Assembly: GCF_963921235.1 (NCBI RefSeq)
Contig: NC_086097.1
Location: forward strand, 239,508,001-239,572,000
Source: Mobula hypostoma
Taxonomy: Eukaryota
Length of the DNA: 64,000 nucleotides
Reading direction: 5' to 3'
Both the position numbers and the translations under genes were made by a program. Numbering within the stretch: the first letter of the stretch is position 1; every line of letters starts with the position of its first letter. This document shows positions 1 through 10,403 of the stretch, piece after piece. The notes under the pieces are model-generated. The model did no database searches, was not told the DNA's origin, and saw only the letters and a list, made by a program, of their open reading frames with translations.

Positions 1-230
1 CTCATTGTTCACCATTTTTCTTCTTATAGCTTTTTAGTTGCCTTTTGTTGGATTTTAAAAGCTTCCCAATCATCCAACTTCTCACTTACTTTTGCTACCT
101 TATTTGCCCTTTCCTTGGCTTTTATGCAGTCCTTAACTTCCTTTGTCAGCCACGATTTCCTACCGCTTCCATTTGAGAGGTTCTTCCTCTGTGGGTCATA
201 ACTATCCTGCGCCTTGTGACCTAAACCACT
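1..230 (-). mobile_element. CR1 LINE ORF2 fragment (endonuclease-RT linker)
   Basis: Translation WLTKEVKDCIKAKERANKVAKVSEKLDDWEAFKIQQKATKK resembles the CR1 ORF2 linker; boundaries approximate. Confidence 0.75.
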
Positions 231-374
231 GTGGGAGGGGCTCCCATACACCAGATTAATGCAGATTTAAAGTTGAAACTTGCAGAAAATGCAACGAAGT
301 AGGACAAATACAAAGTGCATTGGGCAGATAAATATAAATGGACTGCACACAGAAGAGGAAATTATAACAGTTGA

Positions 375-690
375 GTAACTGGAATTACAGAGGCATGAGA
401 GAGTAGATGGCCGGAATTGATTGACGAAGAACGCTGGCAGCGATAATGGCAGAGCACCAATGGCTGGAATTTCTGGAAGCAATTCGGAAGGCACAGAATA
501 TATACATCCCAAAGAGGAAGAAGAACTCTAAAGAAAAGATGACACAACCATGTCTAACAAAAGAATTCAAAGCCAACATAAAAACCAAAGAGAGGGCATA
601 TAATAGAGCAACAATTAGTAGGAAGTTAGAGGATTGTGAAGCTTTTCAAAACCAACAGAAGGCAACTAAAAAAAGTCAAAAAGGTCAAGC
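375..690 (+). mobile_element. CR1 LINE ORF2 fragment (linker region)
   Basis: ORF 446-718 QWLEFLEAIRKAQNIYIPKRKK...QPCLTKEFKANIKTKERAY; same region as the 1-230 fragment, opposite strand. Confidence 0.75.
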
Positions 691-754
691 TTTTGTAAGC
701 AACATATCTGGTAGGTAGTTACTTATGAAATGTGGCTTGGTTTTAAACTGGAAG

Positions 755-1981
755 TGTCATGGTCCGTTCCGTGAAGACCGCATTCCGGTTCACGGTCCGG
801 TCCAGGACCCGGTCCATTGACCCTTGTTCCAGGTTTTCCTGTTTACCCCATTTCTGTTTAGCACTCTAATTGAGCCACATGATTCTAGTTTGGGCAGACT
901 CATAAATACCTCCAGAGACCAGGCCTTGTCTGAATTGCTTCCCTTCTGTTTATTGCCTTGCCCTACCCTACCCTGCCCTGCCCTGCCCCGCCCCGCCCTG
1001 CCCCGCCCTGCCCTGCCCCGCCCCACCCCGCCCTGCCCCGCCCCACCCCGCCCCACCCTGCCCCAAGCCAAGCCTTGCCTTGCCTTGCCTTGCCTTGCCC
1101 TTGCCCTTGCCCTTGCCCTTGCCCTTGCCTTTGCCTTTGCCTTTGATCCTTGCTTGTACCTCGTCAGTCTGGTCTTGGAGCAACCCACTGGTGGAAGGCT
1201 AGTGCAGTCTTCGAGATGTGGATTTGGCTGTTCCGTAGCCCGCTGAGGTTACTGACCGCCTCAAGTCTTGGAACCACCCCAGACCCAGCTCCCTTCCTGT
1301 CCCTTTACTCCATCGGGTAAGCCAGGCCGATTGCCCTTAGCCTGTTGTTGGTTCTGTCCCTTCCAGCCCCTTGCCTCCGTTGGGTATGCCAGGCCGTTTG
1401 CTGTTACCCTGCAGTTGGGTCCATCCCTTCCTGTCTCCATGGGATGAAGTTCTGCGTCCTGCCCAGGAATAGCTCCAGGAACCCAAGCCTCGAAGATCCC
1501 AAGCCAAGCTCCAAGAAACCAAGCCTCGAAGATCCCAAGCCAAGCCCCAAGAAACCAAGCCTCGAAGATCCCAAGCCAAGCCCCAAGACCAAGACCGCAG
1601 CCTGCAGCCAAGCTCAAGACCCAAGGCCCCAGCCTCAAGCCTCAAGAGCAAAGACCCCAGCCTGTCTCCAAGCTCAGGCCTCTAGACCCCAGCCACGTCC
1701 TGTCCTGAAGCCATGTCATGTCCTTGCCTGGTTCTGGGGTCTGAGCCCAAGGCAAGACCCAGGTTCTGGGTCCTTGTCCAGTCTCGAGCTTGGAGTCAAA
1801 TCCTTGTCCCCTAGTCCATGGTTTTTTGTCCTGGTCCTGCTTTCCCTAGCCCAAGTCTGCGTTCTTGTCCTTGCTCCTTGTCTGTACCCTATCACGTCCC
1901 TACTCTAGTCAAGTCCAGTTCCTTGTACTTCAGTGTCTGTGTCTTACATTTGGGTCCGTTCCCAACGCCCTCATTGTGACA
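755..1981 (+). repeat. 5' LTR of the mini-Gypsy, with expanded (CCCYG)n and (CCTTG)n tracts and 36-bp tandem repeats
   Basis: Collinear with 2142-3295; ends TGTGACA; TATA-like CATAAATA at 901. Confidence 0.9.
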
Positions 1982-2141
1982 GAACGATCCAGCCAGACTT
2001 GGACCCAGCGACACAGACACTGTTGTTTTCCTTTTGCCACCTGGGGTTCCCCTCTGTTAAATGCCCTCCCACCTGCCTGGGTTGTCCATAACTGGGATAG
2101 CCTGTTTGGTAGCCAAGAGGCTCCCGTAGAGTGGGGGATAC

Positions 2142-3295
2142 TATCATGGTCTGGTCCTTGAAGTTCGCATTCCAGTTCATGGTCCGGTCCATTGACCCTT
2201 GTTCCAGGTTTTCCTGTTTACCCCGTTTCTGTTTAGCACTCTGATTGAGCCACGTGATTCTGGTTTGGGCAGACTCATAAATACCTCCAGATACCAGGCC
2301 TTGGTTTCTGGATTGTTCCTGTCTGAATCTCTTCCCTTCCTTCTGTCGTCTTGCCCTGCCCTGCCTTGTCTGAAGCCTTGCCTCACCTGTGACCCTCGCT
2401 TGCACCTCATCAGTCTCACCTTGGAGCAACCCACTGGTGGAAGGCTAGTGCAGTCTTCGAGATACGGATTTGGCTGTTCTGTAGCCTGCTGAGGTTGCCG
2501 GCTGCCTCGAGTCTTGGAGCCACCCCGGACCGAGCTCCCTTCCTGTCTCTTGCCTCCGTTGAGTATGCCAGGCCGTTTGCCATTACCCTGCAGTTGGGTC
2601 CGACCCTCCCTGTCCTTGCCTCCATGGGGTGAAGTTCCGCATCCTGCCCAGGAGTTCCACGTCCTGCTCAGGAGTATCTCCAAGAAGCCAAGCCTCAAAG
2701 ATCCCAAGCCAAGCCCCAAGAACCCAAGCCTGAAAGATCTCAAGCCAAGCCCCAAGAACCCAAGCCTCAAAGATCCCAAGCCAATCCCTAAGAATCCAAG
2801 CCTCGGAGATCCCAAGCCAAACCCCAAAAACCCAAGCCTCAAAGATCCCAAGCCGAGCCCCAAGAACCCAAGCCAGAAGTCCTCAGTCTCCATGCCTCAA
2901 GGCCAAGACCGCAGCCTGCAGCCAAGCTCAAGACCCAAGGCCCCAGCCTCAAGCCTCAAGAGTAAAGACCCCAGCCTGTCTCCAAGCTCAGTTCTCTAGA
3001 CCCCAGCCACGTCCTGTCCTGAAGCCATGTCATGTCCTTGCCTGGTTCTGGGGTCTGAGCCCGAGGCAAGACCCAGGTTCTGGGTTCTTGTCCAGTCTCG
3101 AGCTTGGAGTCAAAGCCTTGTCTCCTAGTCCATGGTTTCTTGTCCTGGTCCTGCTTTCCCTAGCTCAGGTCTGCGTTCTTGTCCCTGCTCCTTGTCTGAA
3201 TCCTGTCACGTCCCTACTCCAGTCAAGTCCTGTTCCTTGTACTTCAGTGTCTGTGTCTTGCATTTGGGTCTGTTGCCAACGCCTTCATTATGACA
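2142..3295 (+). repeat. 3' LTR of the mini-Gypsy, with about 5 copies of the 36-bp CCAAG-rich repeat
   Basis: Begins TATCAT (mutated TGTCAT) right after the PPT; ends ATGACA; TATA-like CATAAATA at 2276. Confidence 0.9.
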
Positions 3296-3699
3296 GGAAG
3301 ATAGTTTAAGAAGCTTCAGGAAAGTTGCAAACATTCAGCTTTTGGGCCTGTAAAGGACCAGAATTTACTCTATGTGCATTAAGTTTATCGCATGAACTTC
3401 AACTGGGAAACAAAAAGCTGCTTGTAAAATGTTAGATACAAAGACCAAAGCTCAGCTGGATAAATGGAAGGCCATAAAGAAAGGAGTTAATGGAAATACG
3501 AAAACAAAGAATTTGCCAGATAATGTTGTGGTTGAAGAAACCAAGAGGAGAGGTCAAATCATAAAGGGAGCAATCGAAGGATTAAAAAAACAATACTTCA
3601 ATGAACTAAATGTACTTCTCAAGATCAAGATACTCAAACTAGTAGATGAAAAAGGAAGCAGAAGAAAGTCGTCCAGAGCTGTCAATCCATCTTCTACAG

Positions 3700-4862
3700 T
3701 CTTAGAATAACATCTATAGCTACCACAAAGGAGTGACCTCCCTTGACAGGGAAGACATCCCAGAAGAGTAGGAAATTCTCCATAGCATTTAAATCTTTAG
3801 GCCTGAGTGGGACAATTTATAAATTTGCAATGCTGGTGATGTCTGTATAGTGGTGGTATTATATAGCATACTGTGTATGTAGTTGAGATATATTTTATAT
3901 GGAGTTGGAGTTGTAATGCCTTAGCTAAAATTTTACTGCTAGTGTTGTAGGGAATTTCAGTTAATGGCTTTCTGTGGAAGCAGTGTGTTCTGCTGGTAGT
4001 GATTGGGTTACCATTAAATATAAGGGGTTGTGATGTTCATGCTTAGGATTGTCATGTCATCCAATCAGGATGGTGGAATAGGGAGAAGGTTCTAAAGGTT
4101 GCTGGGTGGAGAGGTTTTGTGACAGACCCTGAGGTGGGTCGAGGTTCTCTTTGGCGGGAGATGGAGAGAGAAGAAGCTTGTAGGATTCGATCCGACGGGG
4201 ATCTGATGGAGTCCAAGAGGGGGAATCCTATGGGTGATCGGCGCTGTGAGTACATCGGACACATCAGCTTTGGGAAAATTTGAGCTCCAACCTGTGCACA
4301 TTTGACTGTTTTAATTATGATGAGTCCTTGTGTTTTTTTCATTTTTATTCCTTGCTGATAGCGGATTGCAGGGGGTCAGTAGTTACACAGTATTTTCACA
4401 GATCGGGGTTCAGCTGGGTGAGACATTCCAACCTCCCGAATTTGGTGGGACCGAAGTTATATCTATCCTAGCTGTACGGAGCTCGTAAAAGTTGGTTTTC
4501 TCACTGATGAGTCGGACGACTGTTAGCGAGGGGTTGATGAGCTGGATCTGTAGAGAAGCCTGGGAAAAGGGGTTTCAGAGTTTACAGCTGAGGAGGGAAG
4601 AGTGTTGTGTATTTAATATTTCAGCTGTATTTGTGTAATATTGTAAATACAGTATATTGTTTGTTTAAGCATTCTTGTTCATTTAAATAATTAATTACAA
4701 GTTATTAATGAAGTACTGGAAGTGAATTGCATATGATATGATGCTACGATGGGACATGGGTGTACCTTGCTGAAATAAAGAACAAACTAAGACTTGCGTC
4801 TCTCGGGTTCCCATCTTTCCCATCAAATTAATTTTATGTTTTGGATTTTACTAAACATAACA
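3700..4862 (+). mobile_element. Gypsy 3' remnant: end of pol, 3' UTR, PPT and 3' LTR (4603-4862)
   Basis: Degenerate P-R-R-V-G-N-S-P-*-H-L-N-L-* pol terminus near 3760-3800; PPT GAGGAGGGAAGAG, then TGTTG...TAACA containing AATAAA. Confidence 0.65.
3912..4577. mobile_element. Solo LTR nested in the Gypsy 3' UTR
   Basis: TGTAA...TTTCA termini; 4-bp TSD GAGT (3908-3911, 4578-4581). Confidence 0.75.
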
Positions 4863-4950
4863 CTTTCCAGTCCTGACGAAGGGCCTCGGCTTGAAACGCG
4901 AACTGTTATTTTCCCCTCTATAGACTCTGCCTGGCTTGCTGAGTTCTACC
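4863..4950 (+). mobile_element. Penelope-tail repeat with degenerate hammerhead motif
   Basis: CAGTC-CTGACGA-A-GGGCCTCGGCTT-GAAA, followed by the TGCCTGGCTTGCTGAGTTC block homologous to 17471-17550. Confidence 0.7.
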
Positions 4951-5412
4951 GATTTCTACAGATGTACTGTGGAGGGCGTTCTGACTGGTTGCGTCACCGT
5001 CTGATATAGAGGCCCAAAAGCACAGAAAAACTGCAGAGGATGGTCAACACAGCCAGCTCCATCACAGCCACAAGCCTTCCCATGATCAAGGACAATTTCA
5101 AAAAGCCATGTCTCGGGAAAGCAGCACCGATTATCAAGGGCACACACCATCCAGGACAGGCCCTCTTCTTGTTGCAAACATCAGGGAGGAGGAACAGGAG
5201 CCTGAAGACACACAGTCAATATTTTAAGAACAGATTCTTTCACTCTGCCATCATATTTCTGAACAGTCCATGAACTAACGATTATTACTTCGCAATTTTG
5301 CTCTATTTTCACTATTTTTTTATGCATTTCTTATTGCAATTTACAGTTGATTTTTTTTTAAATGTATTGCAAGGTACAGCTGTTGCAGAAGATCAACTTT
5401 CCCGATTCTGAT
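4951..5412 (+). mobile_element. Rex1/Babar-type LINE 3' end
   Basis: ORF with HHPGQALFLLQTSGRRNRSLKTHSQYFKNRFF; GATTCT-type tail. Confidence 0.75.
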
Positions 5413-5418
5413 CCTCTG

Positions 5419-5820
5419 ACTCCTTTCTTTATGGCCTTTCATTTACTCAGCTGGGCTTTGGTCTTTGTATCCAACATTTTACAAGCAGCTTTTTGTCTAC
5501 CACTTGAACTTCATGCGATAACCTTAATGCACATACAATAGATTCTCGTGCTTTACATACCCAAAAGCTGAATGTTAGCAACTTTCCTGAAAGCCTCTTG
5601 AACTACCTTCCAGTTTAAAACCAAGCCACATTTCACAAGTTCCTATCTACCAGATATGTTGCTTGCAAAAGCTCTACCTTCTTTTTGACTTTTTTAGTTG
5701 CCTTCTGTTGGTTTTGAAAAGCGTCGCAATCCTCTAACTTCCCACTAATTGTTGCTCTATTACATGCTCTCTCTTTGGGTTTTATGTTGGCTTTGAATTC
5801 TGTTGTTAGACACGTTGTGT
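5419..5820 (-). repeat. Inverted duplicate of 542-754 plus 3301-3488 (empty site of the LTR insertion)
   Basis: Reverse complement aligns across the CR1/non-CR1 junction and reads ...AAACTGGAAG-GTAGTTCAAG... with a single GGAAG. Confidence 0.9.
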
Positions 5821-6262
5821 GTTGCAAACCCTGCATATCCTTTTCAACACTACATTAAGACTAGAACAGCAGTATGTTGAGCTTTCTGCTGCAAAATGTG
5901 CTTCCTCTGTAGCCCTCAGGAAAACCGTAACATTTGCCATTAGACACGGATGTAATGATGGAGGCTTTATAAGGCATGGGTCAAACTGCATTTGGAATAT
6001 TCTGAGCAGTTTTAGGCTCCATATCTAAGAAAAGATGTGCTGGCATTGGAGAAGAGGTTCAAAAGAATTATCCCGGAATGAAAGGGTTAACATATGAAGA
6101 ACATTTGATGGCTCTGGGCTTGAACTTGCTGGTATTTAGAAGAATGGGGGTGGGGAGATCTCATTGAAGCCTATCAAATATTAAAAGGCCTAGACAGCGT
6201 GGACATGGAGTGAATGAATCCAAATACTGGCAAAGTCTAGGAGCAGAGGGCACAGCCTCAGA

Positions 6263-6628
6263 AGGCTCACGCACAACACGCTGGAGGAACTCAGCAGGTC
6301 GGGCAGCATCCGTGGAAATGAACAGTCAACGTTTCGGGCCGGGACCCTTCGTCAGGACTGAAGAGGGAGAGGGCAGGGGCCCTATAAAGAAGGTGGGGGG
6401 AGGGTGGGAAGGAGAAGGCTGGTAGGTGCCAGGTGAAAAGCCAGTAAGGGGAAAGATCAGGGGGTGGGGGAGTGGAGGCAGGGAGGGGATAGGCAGGAAA
6501 GATGAAGAAGGAATGGGGGAAAGCACAATGAGTAGTAGAAGGAGGCGGAACCAAGAGGGAGGTGATAGGCAGCTGGGGGAGGGGGGACAGAGTGAAACTA
6601 GGATGGGGGAAGGGAGGGGGAGGGAATA
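6263..6628 (-). mobile_element. Penelope 3' (pLTR-like) segment
   Basis: Close reverse-complement match to 17200-17560, downstream of the GIY-YIG ORF. Confidence 0.85.
6323..6360 (-). ncRNA. Minimal type-I hammerhead ribozyme motif, core intact
   Basis: RNA CAGUC CUGACGA A GGGU-CCCG-GCCC GAAAC GUU GACUG: helix I CAGUC/GACUG, CUGANGA and GAAA cores, NUH triplet, palindromic ACGU in place of helix III. Confidence 0.7.
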
Positions 6629-7356
6629 CCCCCTATTCAATGTGATCCACCCTCATTTTTCTCAATTCCAGTGAGTACAGGCCCAGAGCCATCAAATGCT
6701 CCACCTGTGATAAGCACCCCTTTAGAACAGAGAATGTGGAATTTGTTTAGCCAGAGGGTTGTGAATCTGTGGAATTCATTGCCACAGATGTCTTTGGAGA
6801 TCAAGTCACTATGTACATTTACAGGCAAGGTTGCTGTGTTTTTGATTAGTAGGGGCGTCAAAGATTACTGGGAGAAGACTGGAGAATGGGGTTGAGAACG
6901 TTAATAAACCAGACACCACAAAATGCTGGAGGAAATCTGTAGGTCAAGGAGCATCTATAGAAAAGAATAAACTGTCAACTTTTCAAGCTGAGACTATTCA
7001 TCAGGAATGCACAATGCTCCATGCTGGATTGAGGCTGGACTCCTCCTGTAACTTGACACCGGGCACCAGCTTTCTGGCAACTTTCTGTTCATTGTTTGGT
7101 GTTGACTTTGCAGCGTGACCTATCGATCAGAACCTTAACTCCAGTAAATTGTAATTGCATTGACCTCTGCCCTGACTGCAGGCACAATCATGATCAATGT
7201 CTCATCAACACAGAACTGTTTCTAATCTAACCTTCGTACACTGTTATTACCCGATGTGGTCCATGATCAGCAAATAGCATAATGGTTTCTCGACATTGCT
7301 CCTCTCTGCTTGCTGGTCTTCCAGTGCCATCTTGCTGACCTTGGGTAAGTGCACTG

Positions 7357-7742
7357 TGTCACTACGTTCAGATACGGCCCAAATGTGGAGCCGGAGACAC
7401 TGAAGCGAGTCGCTAGTTCACACACTTTAGTGCGAATAGAGTTAGAGGGAAAGAAAACAATAAATGCTAACCCAAACAGAGCCATTAACTAAAACTCTCA
7501 AATGGAAAATGAAGCCAACACTGCTGCTGAAATGAATAACTAAATATAAAATGAATAACACCAATCTTCAAAGCCAGTTGACCCGACAGTCCAATTTCTC
7601 AGGCACGTTGTTGAGCTTTGCTCAAGGTTTGATAAGCACGACGATGAAAAGAATGGAGTTAAATACTATCACAATGAAATGATAATTAGCTGACACGTCC
7701 ATTGTATCAAGTGCAATTGCCGTATCTGCTGTGGTTGTGACA
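7357..7742 (-). mobile_element. Solo LTR (family A)
   Basis: TGTCAC...GTGACA; TSD CACTG/CGCTG; homologous to 7931-8354 and 21755-22173; strand inferred. Confidence 0.8.
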
Positions 7743-7930
7743 CGCTGAGGAGGTACAAGGGAAAGTCAGTTGTAGTGTGTAAGCTACAAGAGACCTTAGG
7801 CTAAGGTGCAGGTGGTATTTAAGAAGGAGTGTACAGAATAAGGAAGAAGACTCGTAGGACAGCTAGAGATTAGCAGGTACTGTATGATGTTGTGGGCAAT
7901 CCGAAATGATTGTTGGTGTGCTCCACAACG

Positions 7931-8354
7931 TGTTACCAGGTTCGGATATGGCCCATGTGCAGAGTGAGAGACAATAAAGCAGGTCAATAGTTCACAAACT
8001 TTAACGTGAAGTGTGTTGAAGAGAAAATAAACAATAAATGCTAGGCCAAATAGGGCCGTTAACTAAAACTCTCAAATGGGAAAAGAAGCCTACACTGCGG
8101 CTGAAAAGAAAATCTAAACATCAAACAAATACCGCTTGTCTTCAGTCAGTTGACTCGAAAGTCCAATTTCTCAGGGAAGGCCGAATGCAAACAGGCAGCA
8201 AAGCGTGACTGTGCTCTGTCCCAGTCTCAACAAGCACTATGACGACAAGTATGGAGTTAAATACTATCACCATGAAATGACAAATAGCTGACTCGTGCAA
8301 ATTCACAAGCGCAATTGCCGTATCTGCTGTGCTGCCGTATCGGTGGTTATGACA
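7931..8354 (-). mobile_element. Solo LTR (family A)
   Basis: TGTTAC...ATGACA; TSD CAACG/CAACA. Confidence 0.8.
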
Positions 8355-8369
8355 CAACAGCACAGTTCA

Positions 8370-8500
8370 CCAACATCTGATGATGGGTCTAGGCCCAAAA
8401 CGTCAACTATTTTTTCCCCTCCACAGATGCTGCCCGACCTGCTGAGTTCCTCATGCATTTTGTGTGTGTTGCTCAAGATTTACAGCATCTGCTGAATCCC
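8370..8500 (+). mobile_element. Penelope-tail repeat, degenerate hammerhead
   Basis: CTGATGA-T-GGGTCTAGGCCC-AAAACGTC followed by GATGCTGCCCGACCTGCTGAGTTCC. Confidence 0.65.
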
Positions 8501-9567
8501 ATGTTCCTCGAAGTGTCCAGGCCAGCATCGCTTGTGGGTTCACTGTCTGCAAAGTCCGAAACTCAAAAGAAGATGTTAAACCCTATTCAATGGGTACCCT
8601 CGTGATAGGGAGGTTAAATTTGATCATCTTACTCTTCAAAGGTTAGTTTACTTCCTTCTTTAGTCTCTGTGGCAAGGTCTGGTTGCTAATACCTACTGTT
8701 TGTGTAGTGGGTCCCCCTGGCTCCCAAGGAGATACTTCCAGCTAACAAAGTAGTTTAAACACAGTTTATTTAACTATTAGTGATCCATGTTCAAATTTAG
8801 ACAAGTAGTTCTTAACAAACGTTTAATGCTCAATGGGGATTTCTGATTTTAAAAAATATTTCCAAATTACAAAGTATTTACAAATGACAAAGGACATCCA
8901 AACATTGATATAATTCTTTTGGACTAAAAGAACATAGCAATGACAAATGAGTCATCCATCACAGAAACCAAAGGTTAAGCACCAAATTCTAGTTCTTCTT
9001 CCTGTCGTTCTGTTGTCATCCCTAACAATTGCCAAGGCTTTTTAAAATTTACACTGTTTTGTTACTAGTTGATAAAATTTACATATGGTATCTTCCAGAT
9101 ACCATTGTTGGAACAAAGTAGTTCACACAGCTGGTCTAAAAGCTTCTGGGGATAGAAATCCCAGATACCTAATATTAATATTGTGAAAGCTGTGGCTCTG
9201 AGTTCAGAAATGCCCCAACCGTTGATAGATCAGCTATGCTTGTGATCATGTTGTCGCAAAATAAGCCTTGTCTGTAACCTTCTTTGCTTTCTATCATAAT
9301 ATTGTGCCAAACCAAATAAATTAGTAATTAAATAGCCAACTAAACTAATCCCCTCTCTCTACACAATGTCCACATCACTTATTTTCCTCACATTAAAATG
9401 CCTATCTAAACGCCTCTTAAAAGCTTCTAATGTATCTGTCTTTTCCACAATTCCAGGCTGCTCTCTGTGTAAAAAAACATGCCTTTCACATCTCCTTTAT
9501 AATTACTTCCCTCCTCTTAAATGCATGCCTTCTGCTATTTGATATTTCAACCGTGGGAAAAAGATAC

Positions 9568-10403
9568 TGTCACGTACCCCGTGACCCGTGACGGGTTAAA
9601 GAACCTGCAGAAATGGAAAACACTCTTGAGTCCGGTATTGCTATTAACTAATAATATTTATTAGTAACTAAGCAATACTGTAATATAAATGCAGATAAAT
9701 CAAACAGGTTAGCAGTGATTATATATAAGTAAGTGTGGAAATATATGAAAACCAAGCTTCTTCAAGTCTAGGGGTAAATAGATAGTCTTACGATGATGAG
9801 TAAAGTTCAGTTCAGATCATGGTATTGAGTTGAGTAGTGATGGAGAGAGAGAGAGGGAGAGATTTGAGTCTTCAGGTGAGCTGACACCGTCGATCTTCCC
9901 TTTGTCCTCCGAAATCCTTTAAAAGTCACCGACTGTGACCACAACAAAGGGGACCGTTCTTCTGTGGTGGAGTTATCAACCCAGGTGAGAGTTGGACACA
10001 AATAACTCCCCACCGGTCACGCCCTGTTCACACTGTGAGAGCCATTGATCGATCCACCTGATCGATCCTCCAAAACCCACTTTTTCTGTGGGCACAACAA
10101 AGCTCATTCAGTGTCCAAAACCATGTGTCTCAGGTCTATCATCTGACCTTCTATTTGTCTCCCCGTACTGCGTACCAACTGCCACTCAAGCAGCCCCACC
10201 CCCCGTCTGTCTGTAAGAATGTACAAGCAGGCAGTGACCTTGTAGAAATGTAAACATACTGTAAGCAGTCTTCGTCTCTCTCTCTCTCTCTCTTAAAAAC
10301 AAGATGTTGGTGTTAAGTATTTCTCTCACTCTCTCTTTTCAAAAGCCCACTTCATAGGGGTAATCAAGCACAGTTCACAGGGGTAATTCAGAACCCTGTC
10401 ACA
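9568..10403 (-). mobile_element. Solo LTR (family B) inside CR1
   Basis: TGTCAC...GTCACA; 4-bp TSD ATAC; terminal ~60 bp related to 43037-43896. Confidence 0.85.

Larger units (their letters stand above)
755..3295 (+). mobile_element. Non-autonomous Gypsy (Tf1/sushi-like) LTR element: two ~1.2-kb LTRs with a 160-bp internal region
   Basis: Termini TGTCAT...ATGACA; 5-bp TSD GGAAG (750-754, 3296-3300); internal region 1982-2141 begins GAACGATCCAGCCA and ends in the purine tract AGAGTGGGGGATAC. Confidence 0.9.
5955..6910 (+). mobile_element. CR1 LINE 3' end, interrupted at ~6263-6715
   Basis: FSQRVVNLWNSLPQ motif and CR1 3' coding region. Confidence 0.8.

Noticed and set aside
790..2999. Repetitive ORFs (KPSLEDPKPSPK, GRAG, PCPAP)
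   Set aside because: Translations of tandem repeats inside LTRs
9085..9170. Two small hairpins (ATGGTATCT/AGATACCAT; TCTGGG/CCCAGA)
   Set aside because: Stems of 6-9 bp are plausible by chance in 64 kb, and no RNA-family motif was recognised
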